Below, in pieces: positions 42,093 to 52,522 of a DNA stretch of 64,000 bases. Below the pieces are notes generated by a model. That model was not told the DNA's origin, searched no databases, and saw only the letters and a list, made by a program, of their open reading frames with translations. The translations under genes and the position numbers were made by a program. The first letter of the stretch is position 1; every line of letters begins with the position of its first letter. This DNA is from an uncultured Gammaproteobacteria bacterium. Lineage in GTDB: Bacteria; Pseudomonadota; Gammaproteobacteria; JACCXJ01. The DNA lies in the NCBI GenBank assembly GCA_963764725.1, contig CAVXTM010000015.1:96001-160000 (forward strand), read 5' to 3'.

Positions 42093-43925
42093 GCTGCGTC
42101 CGGAGGGCGCTTGGTTAGCGGTGAAAGTCCATGCCATAGGAAGTCGCAGCCTGTGTAGCGAGGTGACTGCGTCGCCGTGAGGCGGGGTGGGGAGCAACCG
42201 GAGGTCGAAAGAACAGCCCGGAGGCTGACGAACGCGATTCGGCGGCATGTGGCGGCGATGCTCACTCATGGTCGAAGCCCGGACTTGCCGGACGCGCTGA
42301 GGTGGCTGCAAAAGCGACGTTCGGGCGCATGACGTGGATGGAGACGGGATGTACGGAATGCAAAGCGGCGTAAGCGGAGAGACCTGTTCCGAGTTCGGGC
42401 GAGCGCGGCAGGAGTCAGAGCCCGCATAGGACCGAGGCGGCATAAGCCGAGAGGGCTGGCTAGCAAAACCGGTCGGAGGGAAGGCGGGCGGTGAGGTGGA
42501 ATCGTGAAAGCCACGACGAAGCAAAAGACAGCATCGACAGTGCTCGCAGGGGCTGAACAAGGTGCAGAAGCCCGCGACTGGATCGTGGGTGGAAGCCTCG
42601 GTGTGGACGGAGCGCATGGTGTCGGCGCTGGTGAACGGCGTCGAGGGAGGCAAGTGGTACAGTTTGATGGACAAGGTGTACGCGCCCAGAAACGCTGGCG
42701 TCGGCCGGCGGAAGAGTCCGGGGCAACAAAGGTGCGGCGGGCGTGGATGGGCAAAGCGTGGAACGGATCGCAGCCGGTGCGGAAACGTACTTGGCGGAGC
42801 TGAGCCGGGAACTGCGGAAGGAAGTTATCGGCCGCAGCGGTGAAACGGGTGGACATTCCGAAAGGCGATGGCAAGACGCGACCACTGGGGATCCCGCACG
42901 GTCAAGGACCGCATCGTCCAGACGGCGGTCAAGCTCGTGATTGAGCGGTCTTCGAGGCGGAGTTCTGTCCAGGGAGCTACGGATTTCGACCGGGCGGAGC
43001 TGCAAGGAGGCGTTGCGGGAAGTCGATGGGCTGCTCAAGGCCGGGTACGCCTTGTGGTGGACGCCGACCTCAAGAGCTGCTTCGACAGCATTCCGCATGG
43101 CAAGCTGATGGAACGGGTGGAAGCACGGATAGCAGATGGACGCGTGCTCGACCTGCTCCGAGGGTGGCTCAAGCAGGACATCCTGCGGGGTCTGGAGCAT
43201 TGGACGCCCGACCGGTGGCACGCCGCAAGGCGCGGTCATCAGTCCGCCTTGGCCAATCTCTACCTGAGCCCCTGGATGACATGGATGGCGGGCGAGGCTA
43301 TCGGATGGTCCGCTACGCGGACGACTTCGTCGTGCTGTGTCGCAGCCGAGAGGAGGCCGAGGGCCGCACTCTCGAACATCCGTGCGTGGGTAGCGGAGAC
43401 TGGACTCACCCTGCATCCGGACAAGACGCTACGTGGGCGACTGCCGGGAGGCGGGAGAAGGTTTTGACTTCCTCGGTTGCCGGTTTGAAACCGGGCGACG
43501 CTGGGTGCGGAGAAAGAGCCTCATGCGCCTCAAGGACGGCATCCGGGCAAGACGCGGCGGACGCGGGGCGCAAGTCTTGCACGGGTCATCGCGGAATTGA
43601 ACCCGATGCTGCGAGGCTGGTTTGGTTACTTCAAGCATGCCGATTCGAGTACCTTTCGCAAGTTGGACGGATTCATCCGGCGACGGCTGCGCGCGCTCTT
43701 GCGCAAGCCGAGAGAAACGCCCCGGGCTTCGGACGCTGTCTGGCCGACCAGAAACGCTGGCACAATGTCTTCTGATCGCGGACGCCGGGCTGTTCGCCCT
43801 AAACACAGCCTGGCAGACCGCGAGACACGCACGATGAGGAAACCACTGACTGGAGAGCCGTGTGCGGGAAAACCGCTACGCACGGTTCGGAGGGCGGGGA
43901 GGGCGCGAGCCCTTCCCGACCCTAT
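42093..43925 (+). mobile_element. Group II intron (5' boundary approximate)
   Basis: 5' G(C)TGCG..GGTGAAAGTCC; domain V GAGCCGTGTGCGGGAAAACCGCTACGCACGGTTC; domain VI ending CCCTAT. Confidence 0.88.
42504..43837 (+). pseudogene. ltrA: Intron-encoded reverse transcriptase/maturase, no En domain, many frameshifts
   Basis: KWYSLMDKVY, NKGAAGVDG, RPLGIP..KDRIVQ, DADLKSCFDSIPH, LANLYL, VRYADDF, LNPMLRGWFGYF. Confidence 0.9.
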
Positions 43926-43926
43926 C

Positions 43927-44050
43927 ATCGTCGCCGAACCTGAACGTCGCCTCTCGGTGGTCGAAGAACTCGAAGCCACCGTCGCCGCCATCTCAAGCGC
44001 ACGGAGCGACTGCGGAGCAGCGCTACTGAGCGCTGCATTTATGGAAGGGG
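43927..44050 (+). pseudogene. C-terminal conserved helix of a type I HsdS
   Basis: IVAE.ERRLSVVEELEATVAA..(frameshift)LKRTERLR..ALLSAAF. Confidence 0.65.
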
Positions 44051-44091
44051 GCAGGCGCGCTATTGGCTCTGCCAAAGCGAGGAATCTCTAA

Positions 44092-44306
44092 ATGTTTAAA
44101 TCTGATCTCCGATCAAGTCCAGAAAGGACGATCTACTCGCCCGAGGGTCCTTTTCGTCCGCGTTAGCCGACGCAATTCTGTCGTACGGTAACAAGGACAG
44201 TGTTGTCACCGCTTTGTATGGCGCTTGGGGTTGGCAAATCATCAGTCGTAAACATGGTGCTTGAACGAATTGAAGAAGCCAGTTCGAGCATGCCGAGCCC
44301 AAAACG
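44092..44306 (+). pseudogene. 5' part of a KAP-family P-loop NTPase, truncated by IS256
   Basis: GAGGA RBS; MFKSD.PIKSRKDDLLARGSFSSALADAILSY..DSVVTALYGAWG.GKSSVVNMV with 2 small indels. Confidence 0.75.
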
Positions 44307-44710
44307 GAGAAATAGTCAAATGTTGTGTACGGGGCTAGGTTAGGCAGCGATTTTTTGGGGTCTTCCCATAAGCCGTCTTTGAAAATAACTCCCTCGATGA
44401 CTTGAGCGAGGCGGGGAATTCCATACAGTTTCCTCCAATGTCGCTCGGCACTTCTTACCAACATGAATACCATCGCCAAAATGCTTTCTCGAGACACGCA
44501 GCCACGGGTTTTGTGGGTGCGCAGCCGGACCGTAGCAAAGGTAGATTCGATCGGATTGGTGAGATGGATCCAGTGCTCGGCCGGAAAATCGTAGAAGGCC
44601 AACAGTGACCCCCGATCTCTTTCCAAACACTCCGCAGCTTTCGGATACTTGGGACGGTAGAGGGTCAGAAACTCATCGAAGGCGCGCTCGGCCTCCTGCC
44701 GGGTGGCGCC
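44307..44710 (-). mobile_element. IS256-family remnant (3' end of transposase plus one terminal IR)
   Basis: YPKAAECLERDR, FYDFPAEHW, TNPIESTFATVRLRT; IR GAGAAATAGTCAAATGTTGTGTA at 44307-44329. Confidence 0.88.
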
Positions 44711-44853
44711 GTTCCTGCGTACCTTCTAAGCCACCCTCCGGCTGCCGTCGCATGTGTGGGATCCGTACTCCGTGTTTTTGCGCTATGGTATATCCGAATG
44801 AAACGTTATTCGCTTCCAATGCGTTTGACCCTATGGTGCAGCGGGAGGTGACA

Positions 44854-44898
44854 GTGATTGCAGGTATCGACGAGGCGGGCCGGGGACCGCTCGCCGGG
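44854..44898 (+). pseudogene. rnhB: N-terminal stub of RNase HII
   Basis: GGGAGG RBS; VIAGIDEAGRGPLAG signature in the usual rnhB position upstream of dnaE. Confidence 0.75.
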
Positions 44899-45011
44899 CT
44901 AGCATTGGGGTTTCCAAGGAGAGTCGTGCAAGGCTCCCCTTTGGTCGCCTGCGGGTTCCCGGCCCGCGGGTGAAACATTTTGACTAACCCGCGTTCGGCG
45001 AGATCCAAAAC

Positions 45012-48000
45012 GTGTTTGTGCATCTGCACCTCCACAGCGAGTATTCCATAGTCGATGGCCTGATCCGCATCAATGATCTGGTCGATCGGGTAGCCGCGCT
45101 CGGAATGCCGGCGGTCGCGGTGACCGATCAGAGCGCGTTGTTTTCGATGGTGAAATTCTACCGTGCGGCGCAGGCACGCGGGATTAAACCGATCATAGGC
45201 GCGGACCTCTGGCTCGCCGGCGACGCCGGAAAACGCACCCGCATCGTCGTGCTCTGTCAGGACGCGGCCGGCTATCGCAATTTGACCGAGGTCATCACCC
45301 GCAGTTACACGGAGGGTCAGGTACAGGGGGTGCCGCACGTCCAGCAAGAGTGGTTATTCGCGCGTTCGGACGGTCTCCTCCTCCTCTCAGGCGCGGGCGG
45401 GGGCGAGATCGGCCAGGTCTTGGCCGGCGGCTCAAAGGCGGAGGCGAAACGCCGGCTCAAGCGCTGGCTAGACCACTTCCCGAATCGTTACTACCTGGAG
45501 TTGCAACGCACCGCGCGCTCGGGCGAGGCGGAATACATCGAACGCGCGTTGGACCTCGCGGCGGCTTGCCAAGCGCCGGTGGTCGCGACCAATGACGTGT
45601 GTTTTCTGCACCCGGAGGATTATGAGGCCCACGAGGCCCGGTTTTGCATAAACGCCGGCCGGGCCTTGGCCGATCCGCGCCGGCCGAAACCCTACAGCCC
45701 GCAGCAATACCTGCGTAGCGCCGAGGAGATGGAGGTGCTGTGGGCGGATGTACCCGAGGCTATCGAAAATAGCCAGATGATAGCCCAGCGGTGCAGTCTC
45801 GAGCTGACGCTCGATCGCTATCATCTCCCCGATTTTCCGGTGCCGCCCGGCACCGTGGTGGAGGACTGCTTGCGCAGCCAAGCCGAAACCGGCCTGCGCC
45901 AGCGCCTGGCGGTGATCTCGGACGCCGATGCGCCGAGCGGCGGCCCCAAGAACGCAGCATATGCGGAGCGGCTCATGTCGGAGATCGAAATGATCACCAA
46001 GATGGGTTTCGCCGGCTATTTCCTCATCGTGGCGGATTTCATCCGCTGGGCCAAGGAGTGCGGTATACCGGTGGGGCCCGGGCGCGGGTCGGGGGCCGGT
46101 TCGCTCACGGCCTACGCCTTGAGGATCACCGATCTCGACCCGATTCAATATGATCTCCTGTTCGAGCGCTTTCTCAATCCCGAGCGGGTCTCAATGCCCG
46201 ATTTCGACATCGATTTTTGCATGGAACGGCGCGATGAGGTCATCGACTACGTCGCAGAGCGCTACGGCCGGGATCGGGTCTCCCAGATTATCACCTACGG
46301 CAGCATGGCCGCGCGGGCGGTAGTGCGCGATGTCGGCCGCGTGCTCGGCTATCCCTACGGGTTTGTGGATCAGATCGCCAAGCTTATTCCCTTCGACCTC
46401 AACATGACGCTGGAGCGAGCCCTCGCCGAGGAGCCCGCCTTACGCGAGCGTTGCGAGGCCGAAGAGGAGGTGCACACGCTCATCAATCTGGCCAAGAAAC
46501 TCGAGGGCTTGGTGCGCAATGCGGGCAAGCACGCGGGCGGCGTCGTGATCGCGCCGGCGCCCTTGACCGATTTCATGCCACTATATTGTGAGCAGGGTTC
46601 GACGGCCCGGGTTACCCAGTTCGACATGGGTGATGTCGAGGCGATGGGGCTGGTGAAATTCGATTTTCTGGGTCTCAGAACGCTTACAATCATCGCTTGG
46701 GCGGTGCGCGGCATCAATGCCGCGCGAGAGCTTCAAAGCGATCCGATGCTCGACATCACCCGCATTCCGCTCGACGACGTGAAAACCTTCGCATTGATAC
46801 AGCGCGGCGAGACGGCGGCGGTATTCCAATTGGAATCCCGCGGCATGAAGGACCTCGTCAAGCGCTTGCGGCCGGACATGTTCGACGACTTAGTGGCGCT
46901 CGTGGCCTTGTTCCGCCCCGGACCCCTCCAGTCGGGGATGGTGGACGACTTCATCAACCGCAAGCACGGACGTGCGGCGGTACGCTATCCACACTCGGCG
47001 ATCGAGCCCATCCTAAAGCCGACCTATGGTGTGATCCTCTACCAGGAGCAGGTTATGCAAATCGCCCAGGTGCTCGCGGGGTACTCGCTCGGGGCCGCGG
47101 ATCTGCTACGCCGGGCCATGGGGAAGAAGAAGCCGGAGGAAATGGCCAAACAGCGCGCCGTCTTTATCGGAGGGGCCGTGGAGCGCAAGGTCGCGCCCGC
47201 GGTGGCCGGCGCGATTTTCGACTTGATGGAAAAGTTCGCGGGTTATGGGTTCAACAAGTCGCACTCGGCGGCCTATGCCCTGATCGCCTACCAAACCGCC
47301 TGGCTCAAGGCCCATTATCCGGCAGCCTTCATGGCGGCCGTGCTGTCCGCGGATATGGACAATACCGACAAGGTGGTCGCGCTGATAGATGAATGCCGGC
47401 GCCTCGGGCTGGGGATCTTGCCTCCCGATATTAATACCTCTGCTTATGGTTTTACGGTCGCGAGCGATGCGTCGATCCGTTACGGGCTCGGGGCGGTCAA
47501 GGGCGCGGGGCGCATGGCGATCGAGGCCATGATGGCGGTGCGTGATAGCGGCGGGCCCTACCGTGATCTCCTTGACCTGTGCCTGCGAGTGGACGCGCGC
47601 AAAGCCAATCGCCGCGTCTTGGAAGCGCTGATTCAAGCCGGCGCCATGGATAGCCTGGGGCCGGATCGCGGATGGCTGCTGGCAACGCTCGACCCGGCCA
47701 TGCAGACCGCGGGACAAAGCGTCAAAGACCGCGCGTCGGGCCAGCATGACCTCTTCGGTTTCTCGGCCGAGGCGGCGGCCGAGACGCTGGGACAGGGTGA
47801 TCCGAAAGCGCTTAGGTGGTCGGATGATCAGAGGCTTGCGGGGGAACGCGAGACGCTGGGCTTATACCTGAGCGGACATCCCATCGATCGCTATGAGGAT
47901 GAGCTGAATGGGCTGTTGAGCTGCCGCTTGCGCGATCTTAGACCGGGTGCGCGGCGGATAGGCGGGCTGGTCCTGGCCTTGCGGCATACGGACAGGGGGC

Positions 48001-48473
48001 GTGGCCGCATAGCGATCGCGACGCTCGACGATCATAGCGCGCGCATCGAGGTGGTGGTCTATCCGGAAGCGCTGAAGCGTTATGCAGAGGTGTTGGTCAA
48101 GGACCGCGTGCTTATCGCGGAAGGCGCCTGCAGGGTCGATGAAGTGACCGATGCCTACACCTTGGTCGCCGAAAAGTTGTTGGATCTACCGCAGGCGCGG
48201 GCGGCCTATGCCAGGGGCTTGATAGTAGGCATCGATGAGGCGCGGTTCGCCAATGGGGCGATCCCGGACCTGCAACGGTTGCTTGAGACCCATCGAGGCG
48301 GCCGCTGTCCGGTCTTTATCGACTATCGGGGTGGAGAGGCAAGCGGACGTCTGCGCTTGGGCGATGCCTGGCGTGTGGATCTCAGTGACGCCTTGCTGGA
48401 AAAGCTTCGCGCGCTGTTTGCGGGCGGCCAGGTCACCATCGACTACGGGTTGAAAACGACCGCTTTGCCGTGA
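45012..48473 (+). CDS. dnaE: DNA polymerase III alpha subunit
   Basis: FVHLHLHSEYS, GPGRGSGAGS, PDFDIDF, YGFNKSHS. Confidence 0.98.
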   Translation: MFVHLHLHSEYSIVDGLIRINDLVDRVAALGMPAVAVTDQSALFSMVKFYRAAQARGIKPIIGADLWLAGDAGKRTRIVVLCQDAAGYRNLTEVITRSYTEGQVQGVPHVQQEWLFARSDGLLLLSGAGGGEIGQVLAGGSKAEAKRRLKRWLDHFPNRYYLELQRTARSGEAEYIERALDLAAACQAPVVATNDVCFLHPEDYEAHEARFCINAGRALADPRRPKPYSPQQYLRSAEEMEVLWADVPEAIENSQMIAQRCSLELTLDRYHLPDFPVPPGTVVEDCLRSQAETGLRQRLAVISDADAPSGGPKNAAYAERLMSEIEMITKMGFAGYFLIVADFIRWAKECGIPVGPGRGSGAGSLTAYALRITDLDPIQYDLLFERFLNPERVSMPDFDIDFCMERRDEVIDYVAERYGRDRVSQIITYGSMAARAVVRDVGRVLGYPYGFVDQIAKLIPFDLNMTLERALAEEPALRERCEAEEEVHTLINLAKKLEGLVRNAGKHAGGVVIAPAPLTDFMPLYCEQGSTARVTQFDMGDVEAMGLVKFDFLGLRTLTIIAWAVRGINAARELQSDPMLDITRIPLDDVKTFALIQRGETAAVFQLESRGMKDLVKRLRPDMFDDLVALVALFRPGPLQSGMVDDFINRKHGRAAVRYPHSAIEPILKPTYGVILYQEQVMQIAQVLAGYSLGAADLLRRAMGKKKPEEMAKQRAVFIGGAVERKVAPAVAGAIFDLMEKFAGYGFNKSHSAAYALIAYQTAWLKAHYPAAFMAAVLSADMDNTDKVVALIDECRRLGLGILPPDINTSAYGFTVASDASIRYGLGAVKGAGRMAIEAMMAVRDSGGPYRDLLDLCLRVDARKANRRVLEALIQAGAMDSLGPDRGWLLATLDPAMQTAGQSVKDRASGQHDLFGFSAEAAAETLGQGDPKALRWSDDQRLAGERETLGLYLSGHPIDRYEDELNGLLSCRLRDLRPGARRIGGLVLALRHTDRGRGRIAIATLDDHSARIEVVVYPEALKRYAEVLVKDRVLIAEGACRVDEVTDAYTLVAEKLLDLPQARAAYARGLIVGIDEARFANGAIPDLQRLLETHRGGRCPVFIDYRGGEASGRLRLGDAWRVDLSDALLEKLRALFAGGQVTIDYGLKTTALP

Positions 48474-48582
48474 ACCCGGCGTAAGCGCGTGCCCGAGCTC
48501 GAGGCGGATCCGTCCCTCCCTGGGTCATTGCTTGGAGGCTGTATATCGGGTAACTTAAAAAATTCTCACCCCGGCAGCGGCG

Positions 48583-49545
48583 ATGAATCTTAACTTCCTG
48601 GACTTTGAACAGCCGATCGCGGAGCTTGAGGCGAAGATCGAGGAGCTGCGCCTTTTGAGTGATGAGTCGGCCATCGATATCAGCGAGGAAATCCAGCGGC
48701 TCCAGGCGCGCTCGAAGGACCTGACCAAGTCGATATTTTCGTCCTTGACACCGTGGCAGATCTCGCGCATCGCCCGTCACCCGCAACGTCCCTACACGCT
48801 GGATTACGCGAAGCGGATCTTTACTGAGTTCCATGAGTTGCATGGCGACCGCGCTTTCGGCGACGACGCCGCCATGGTGTGCGGAGTCGCGCGTTTCGAA
48901 GGCGAGCCCGTGGCCGTTATCGGGCAGCAGAAAGGGCGAACGACCGCGGAGAACCTGCAGCGAAATTTCGGCATGCCCCGGCCGGAGGGCTACCGCAAGG
49001 CCTTGCGGGTAATGCGGCTGGCGGAGAAATTCAAGCTGCCGTTGCTCACGTTCATCGATACCCCCGGCGCCTACCCCGGTATCGACGCGGAGGAGCGTGG
49101 CCAGAGCGAAGCGATTGCCCGCAATTTATTCGTTCTGGCCGAGTTGAAGACACCCATCATTGCCACCGTGATTGGAGAAGGCGGTTCCGGCGGCGCGCTC
49201 GCCATTGGCGTCGCGGACCGGGTGTTGATGCTCGAATACAGCACCTATTCGGTGATCTCGCCCGAGGGCTGTGCGTCGATTCTGTGGAAGAGCGGCGAGA
49301 TGGCGGAAAAAGCGGCGGAGGCCATGGGAATGACCTCGGCGCGCCTGCTGGAGCTGGAATTGATCGACGAGGTGGTGTCCGAGCCGCTTGGGGGGGCGCA
49401 TCGGGCGATGGACGACATGGCCGAGCGGCTTAGGCAGGTTCTCATCGACAACCTGAGCAGGTTGCGAAAGCTCGATAACGGCGATCTCCTTACCGACCGC
49501 CGACATCGCTTGATGACCATCGGTCAGACGAAGGAGAAACAGTAG
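48583..49545 (+). CDS. accA: Acetyl-CoA carboxylase carboxyltransferase alpha
   Basis: [31 protein letters not shown]. Confidence 0.98.
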   Translation: MNLNFLDFEQPIAELEAKIEELRLLSDESAIDISEEIQRLQARSKDLTKSIFSSLTPWQISRIARHPQRPYTLDYAKRIFTEFHELHGDRAFGDDAAMVCGVARFEGEPVAVIGQQKGRTTAENLQRNFGMPRPEGYRKALRVMRLAEKFKLPLLTFIDTPGAYPGIDAEERGQSEAIARNLFVLAELKTPIIATVIGEGGSGGALAIGVADRVLMLEYSTYSVISPEGCASILWKSGEMAEKAAEAMGMTSARLLELELIDEVVSEPLGGAHRAMDDMAERLRQVLIDNLSRLRKLDNGDLLTDRRHRLMTIGQTKEKQ

Positions 49546-49563
49546 CCTACTCCCCGCGTTGGT

Positions 49564-50934
49564 GTGATCCGCTTTTCACCCGAGGCCTTACGCGCGGTGC
49601 TGGCAGCCTTGCCGAAGGCCACGGCATATTGGATAGCTTTTAGCGGCGGACAGGACTCGCGCGTATTGCTGCATGCCTTAGCCGCGCTGCGCTATGCGCT
49701 CGAGGCGCCGCTTCAGGCAGCCCATGTCAATCATGGGCTGCACCCGGACGCTTCCTGTTGGGCACAAGCTTGTACCGAGACGTGCGAGCATCACACTATT
49801 CCGTTATCCGTGGTCCAACTCGATGCGCGGCATCCCCTCGGCGATAGTCCCGAGGCCTGGGCTCGCGAGAGGCGCTATCGGGCCCTGCAAGCACTCATGC
49901 ACGAAGGCGAAATGATGCTGACGGCGCACCACCGTGACGACCAAGCTGAAACCCTGCTGATGCAACTGCTGCGGGGATCGGGACCTCGAGGCCTTGCGGG
50001 GATGCCCCCCCTGGTGCGGTGGGGGTCGGGCTGGCTCGCGCGGCCTTTGCTCGCCTTCGATCGCGCCGATCTCGCGGCCTATGCCGAGGCTCACCGCCTG
50101 CGCTGGGTCGAAGACCCGAGCAACACCGAAGCGCGCTATGCGCGTAATTTCTTACGCCATGCGGTGTTGCCAGTACTGAAGACGCGCTGGCCAAGCTTGG
50201 GGGCGACGCTCGCACGCGCGGCCCTGTGGCAGGCGGAAGCCGCGGCGCTCATCGACGAGATCGCGGAACAAGATCTGGCGCGGATCGCATCCGTCGCGCC
50301 CGCCGCGGTCTCTGTCTCGCGCTTGCGGCGCCTTCCCGAGGCGCGGCGGCGAAATTTATTGCGTCTTTGGTTAGTCCGATGCGGCCTGCCGTCCATGACT
50401 TCGGCCCAATTGCAACAGTTGGCGGGGGAAGCCCTGGAGTGCCGATGGGATGGTAGGGCTTGCATTCGCTGGCCAGGGGGCGAGGTACGCCGCTATCGTG
50501 ACGATTTTTACGCCATGCGTCCCCTGCGCCCGCATGACGCAAATCAAGTGTTCGCGTGGAACTGCGATGCGCCGCTCGCGCTGCCCCTCGGTACGCTAAC
50601 GGTGGAAATGGGCGCGGACGGTATTCGTGCCGCGGCGTGCGTTAACGATTCGGTCACGGTGGGTTTTCGACGGGGCGGAGAGCGGCTGCAGCCCTACGGT
50701 AGTCCTCATACACGCTTGCTCAAACACTTGTTCCAGGAACAGGGGATTCCGCCGTGGCGCCGTGATCGTATTCCACTTGTCTACTTCGGTAAGCGGCTGG
50801 CCGCGGTCGCCGGATTCTGGCGCCATCAGGCCCTCGCCGCCGATCCTGGTGAAATCGGACTATGCTTTCGGTGGACGGAGAGCGAAGAAAATGCCGGCGC
50901 CCAACTAAGTGCGTTGGGAGAGACGATTGAATAG
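49564..50934 (+). CDS. tilS: tRNA(Ile)-lysidine synthase
   Basis: AFSGGQDS, HVNHGL, TAHHRDDQAET, RNFLRH. Confidence 0.95.
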   Translation: MIRFSPEALRAVLAALPKATAYWIAFSGGQDSRVLLHALAALRYALEAPLQAAHVNHGLHPDASCWAQACTETCEHHTIPLSVVQLDARHPLGDSPEAWARERRYRALQALMHEGEMMLTAHHRDDQAETLLMQLLRGSGPRGLAGMPPLVRWGSGWLARPLLAFDRADLAAYAEAHRLRWVEDPSNTEARYARNFLRHAVLPVLKTRWPSLGATLARAALWQAEAAALIDEIAEQDLARIASVAPAAVSVSRLRRLPEARRRNLLRLWLVRCGLPSMTSAQLQQLAGEALECRWDGRACIRWPGGEVRRYRDDFYAMRPLRPHDANQVFAWNCDAPLALPLGTLTVEMGADGIRAAACVNDSVTVGFRRGGERLQPYGSPHTRLLKHLFQEQGIPPWRRDRIPLVYFGKRLAAVAGFWRHQALAADPGEIGLCFRWTESEENAGAQLSALGETIE

Positions 50935-52467
50935 CTATGCATGCATCATTCGATTCATGGTTTGGGGCTCCGAGACCGTCGCGTCGGAGGGGCTGACGTC
51001 AGCGCCCTCGATCGCGAAAGTGAAACGCACGTCTCCAATATCGATCTCGCAACCGTCGCTGAGCATCGACCGCCGCACCTTCTTATCGCTGACGAACAAA
51101 CCGTTGAGCGAATCCAGGTCTTTGATGGCGAAGGTACCATCCGGGTTGCGTATGATTTCGGCGTGATGGCGCGATACGGAGCTGTCGGGAACGACCATCT
51201 CATTATTTGTCCCGCGCCCGATGCGCCAGGGCGAGGCAGTGATCACGCATTGTGTACCGGCGTCATTCTTGCGCACCAGATAGGCGCGCGGTACGTTGAT
51301 CGTGTCGGGTTCGTCGGCGCGCGGCGGCCGATTTTGCCTTAAATACATGAAGCTGCCGATGAGCGTGACCAGCCCGATCCCTGATAGTGGATAAACCCAG
51401 GGACTGGCGGAGGGGGCATCAAGCTGCGCCGGAGGAACCGGCATCGCGGCGGGTGGTGCCGGACTTTGTCCGGCTGCATTTACGGCGGGGGCAGGCTCAG
51501 GGACTGTCACCGGTAGCGGCACCTCGATGTTCCTGCCTTGGAGCGCAACCTTCAGGGTTACCCAACGCGGTCCTGAAAGCCCCGCGGTCACCGCCGGGCT
51601 TAGATCGATGCTGATCTGTCCGCCGCTATCGATGGCCGCGTAGGGCTGCTTCATAAATGCATCGGGAAGCGAGAAGTCGCGAGGATCGGCACGGATCAGC
51701 GCCCCGTTTGTCTCCTTGCTCAGACGCTTTAGAGCGTTCAGCGCCGGAGAAGGTTGCTCGGAACTGACATAAGCGAGGCTGTATACCGACACGTTGGCAT
51801 CGCGTGCCGCGGCGACCAGTTCGCTTTGATAATAGGACTCGGCGCTCGCCCGTCCGTCGGTAAAGAAAAAAAGTGCTTTCCGTACCGCGGGGTACTGACC
51901 CAGGATCCGCAACGCTTTATAGGCATCATGCTGGGTCGATTGCGAACTTTGCGGGCTGGTGAGCGTTCGGACCGCAGCGACGATATCCTTTGGAACGGAC
52001 CCGATCGGGAGTGCTAAGGTTGCGTTGCCGTGGAAAGTCGCCACACCCACCCGATGGTGCGGTTTGGAAAGGCCGATGAGTAAGCGTATATGCTCGACAA
52101 TAGTCTCGATGACGGCCAGGTTATCGAAAGTCCCGGAATCGATGAGAAAAAGAATCGCTGAGCTGCTGCCATCATAGGGGTAGTCCGTCGTGCGCGGGTT
52201 GGGTAAAGAGACGCTTTCGATCGCGGCTGTGAATCCGGTGACCGCCTCCGGGGTGAGCAGGCGAAAGTCGCAGTCCAGTCGCTCGCCTTGCGGTTGAGTA
52301 CATGCATGCAGAAGCTGTTCGATGCGATTCGCTGCTCCGGTGTCGGCGCCAGCGTCTAGCAGCGCGCCGCCAAGCACGATCCCAAGCGCGATGCGGGCCG
52401 CCCCGATGAGGGCCGGGCGCTTGGTTGTTTTTCTGCCTATGGGTTTACTCGAAGGGGACAATCTCAT
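50935..52467 (-). CDS. vWA-like extracytoplasmic domain + Pro linker + TM + cytoplasmic FHA domain protein
   Basis: ILFLIDS and FFTDG (vWA-like); WRIGRG, SVSRHHA, DLDSLNGLFV (FHA). Confidence 0.8.
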   Translation of the reverse strand: MRLSPSSKPIGRKTTKRPALIGAARIALGIVLGGALLDAGADTGAANRIEQLLHACTQPQGERLDCDFRLLTPEAVTGFTAAIESVSLPNPRTTDYPYDGSSSAILFLIDSGTFDNLAVIETIVEHIRLLIGLSKPHHRVGVATFHGNATLALPIGSVPKDIVAAVRTLTSPQSSQSTQHDAYKALRILGQYPAVRKALFFFTDGRASAESYYQSELVAAARDANVSVYSLAYVSSEQPSPALNALKRLSKETNGALIRADPRDFSLPDAFMKQPYAAIDSGGQISIDLSPAVTAGLSGPRWVTLKVALQGRNIEVPLPVTVPEPAPAVNAAGQSPAPPAAMPVPPAQLDAPSASPWVYPLSGIGLVTLIGSFMYLRQNRPPRADEPDTINVPRAYLVRKNDAGTQCVITASPWRIGRGTNNEMVVPDSSVSRHHAEIIRNPDGTFAIKDLDSLNGLFVSDKKVRRSMLSDGCEIDIGDVRFTFAIEGADVSPSDATVSEPQTMNRMMHA

Positions 52468-52522
52468 GGAAATCGAGTGATCATGGCTTCAAGGCCGCCC
52501 CGGGCCTCTTCCACCTCTTAGC

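Noticed and set aside
42504-43837. RT as a retron, DGR or defence RT
   Set aside because: Maturase X domain and group II domain V/VI RNA are present; no msr-msd or TR/VR pair seen
45012-48473. Possible intein or split in dnaE
   Set aside because: Normal length (1153 aa), continuous motifs, no intein signature
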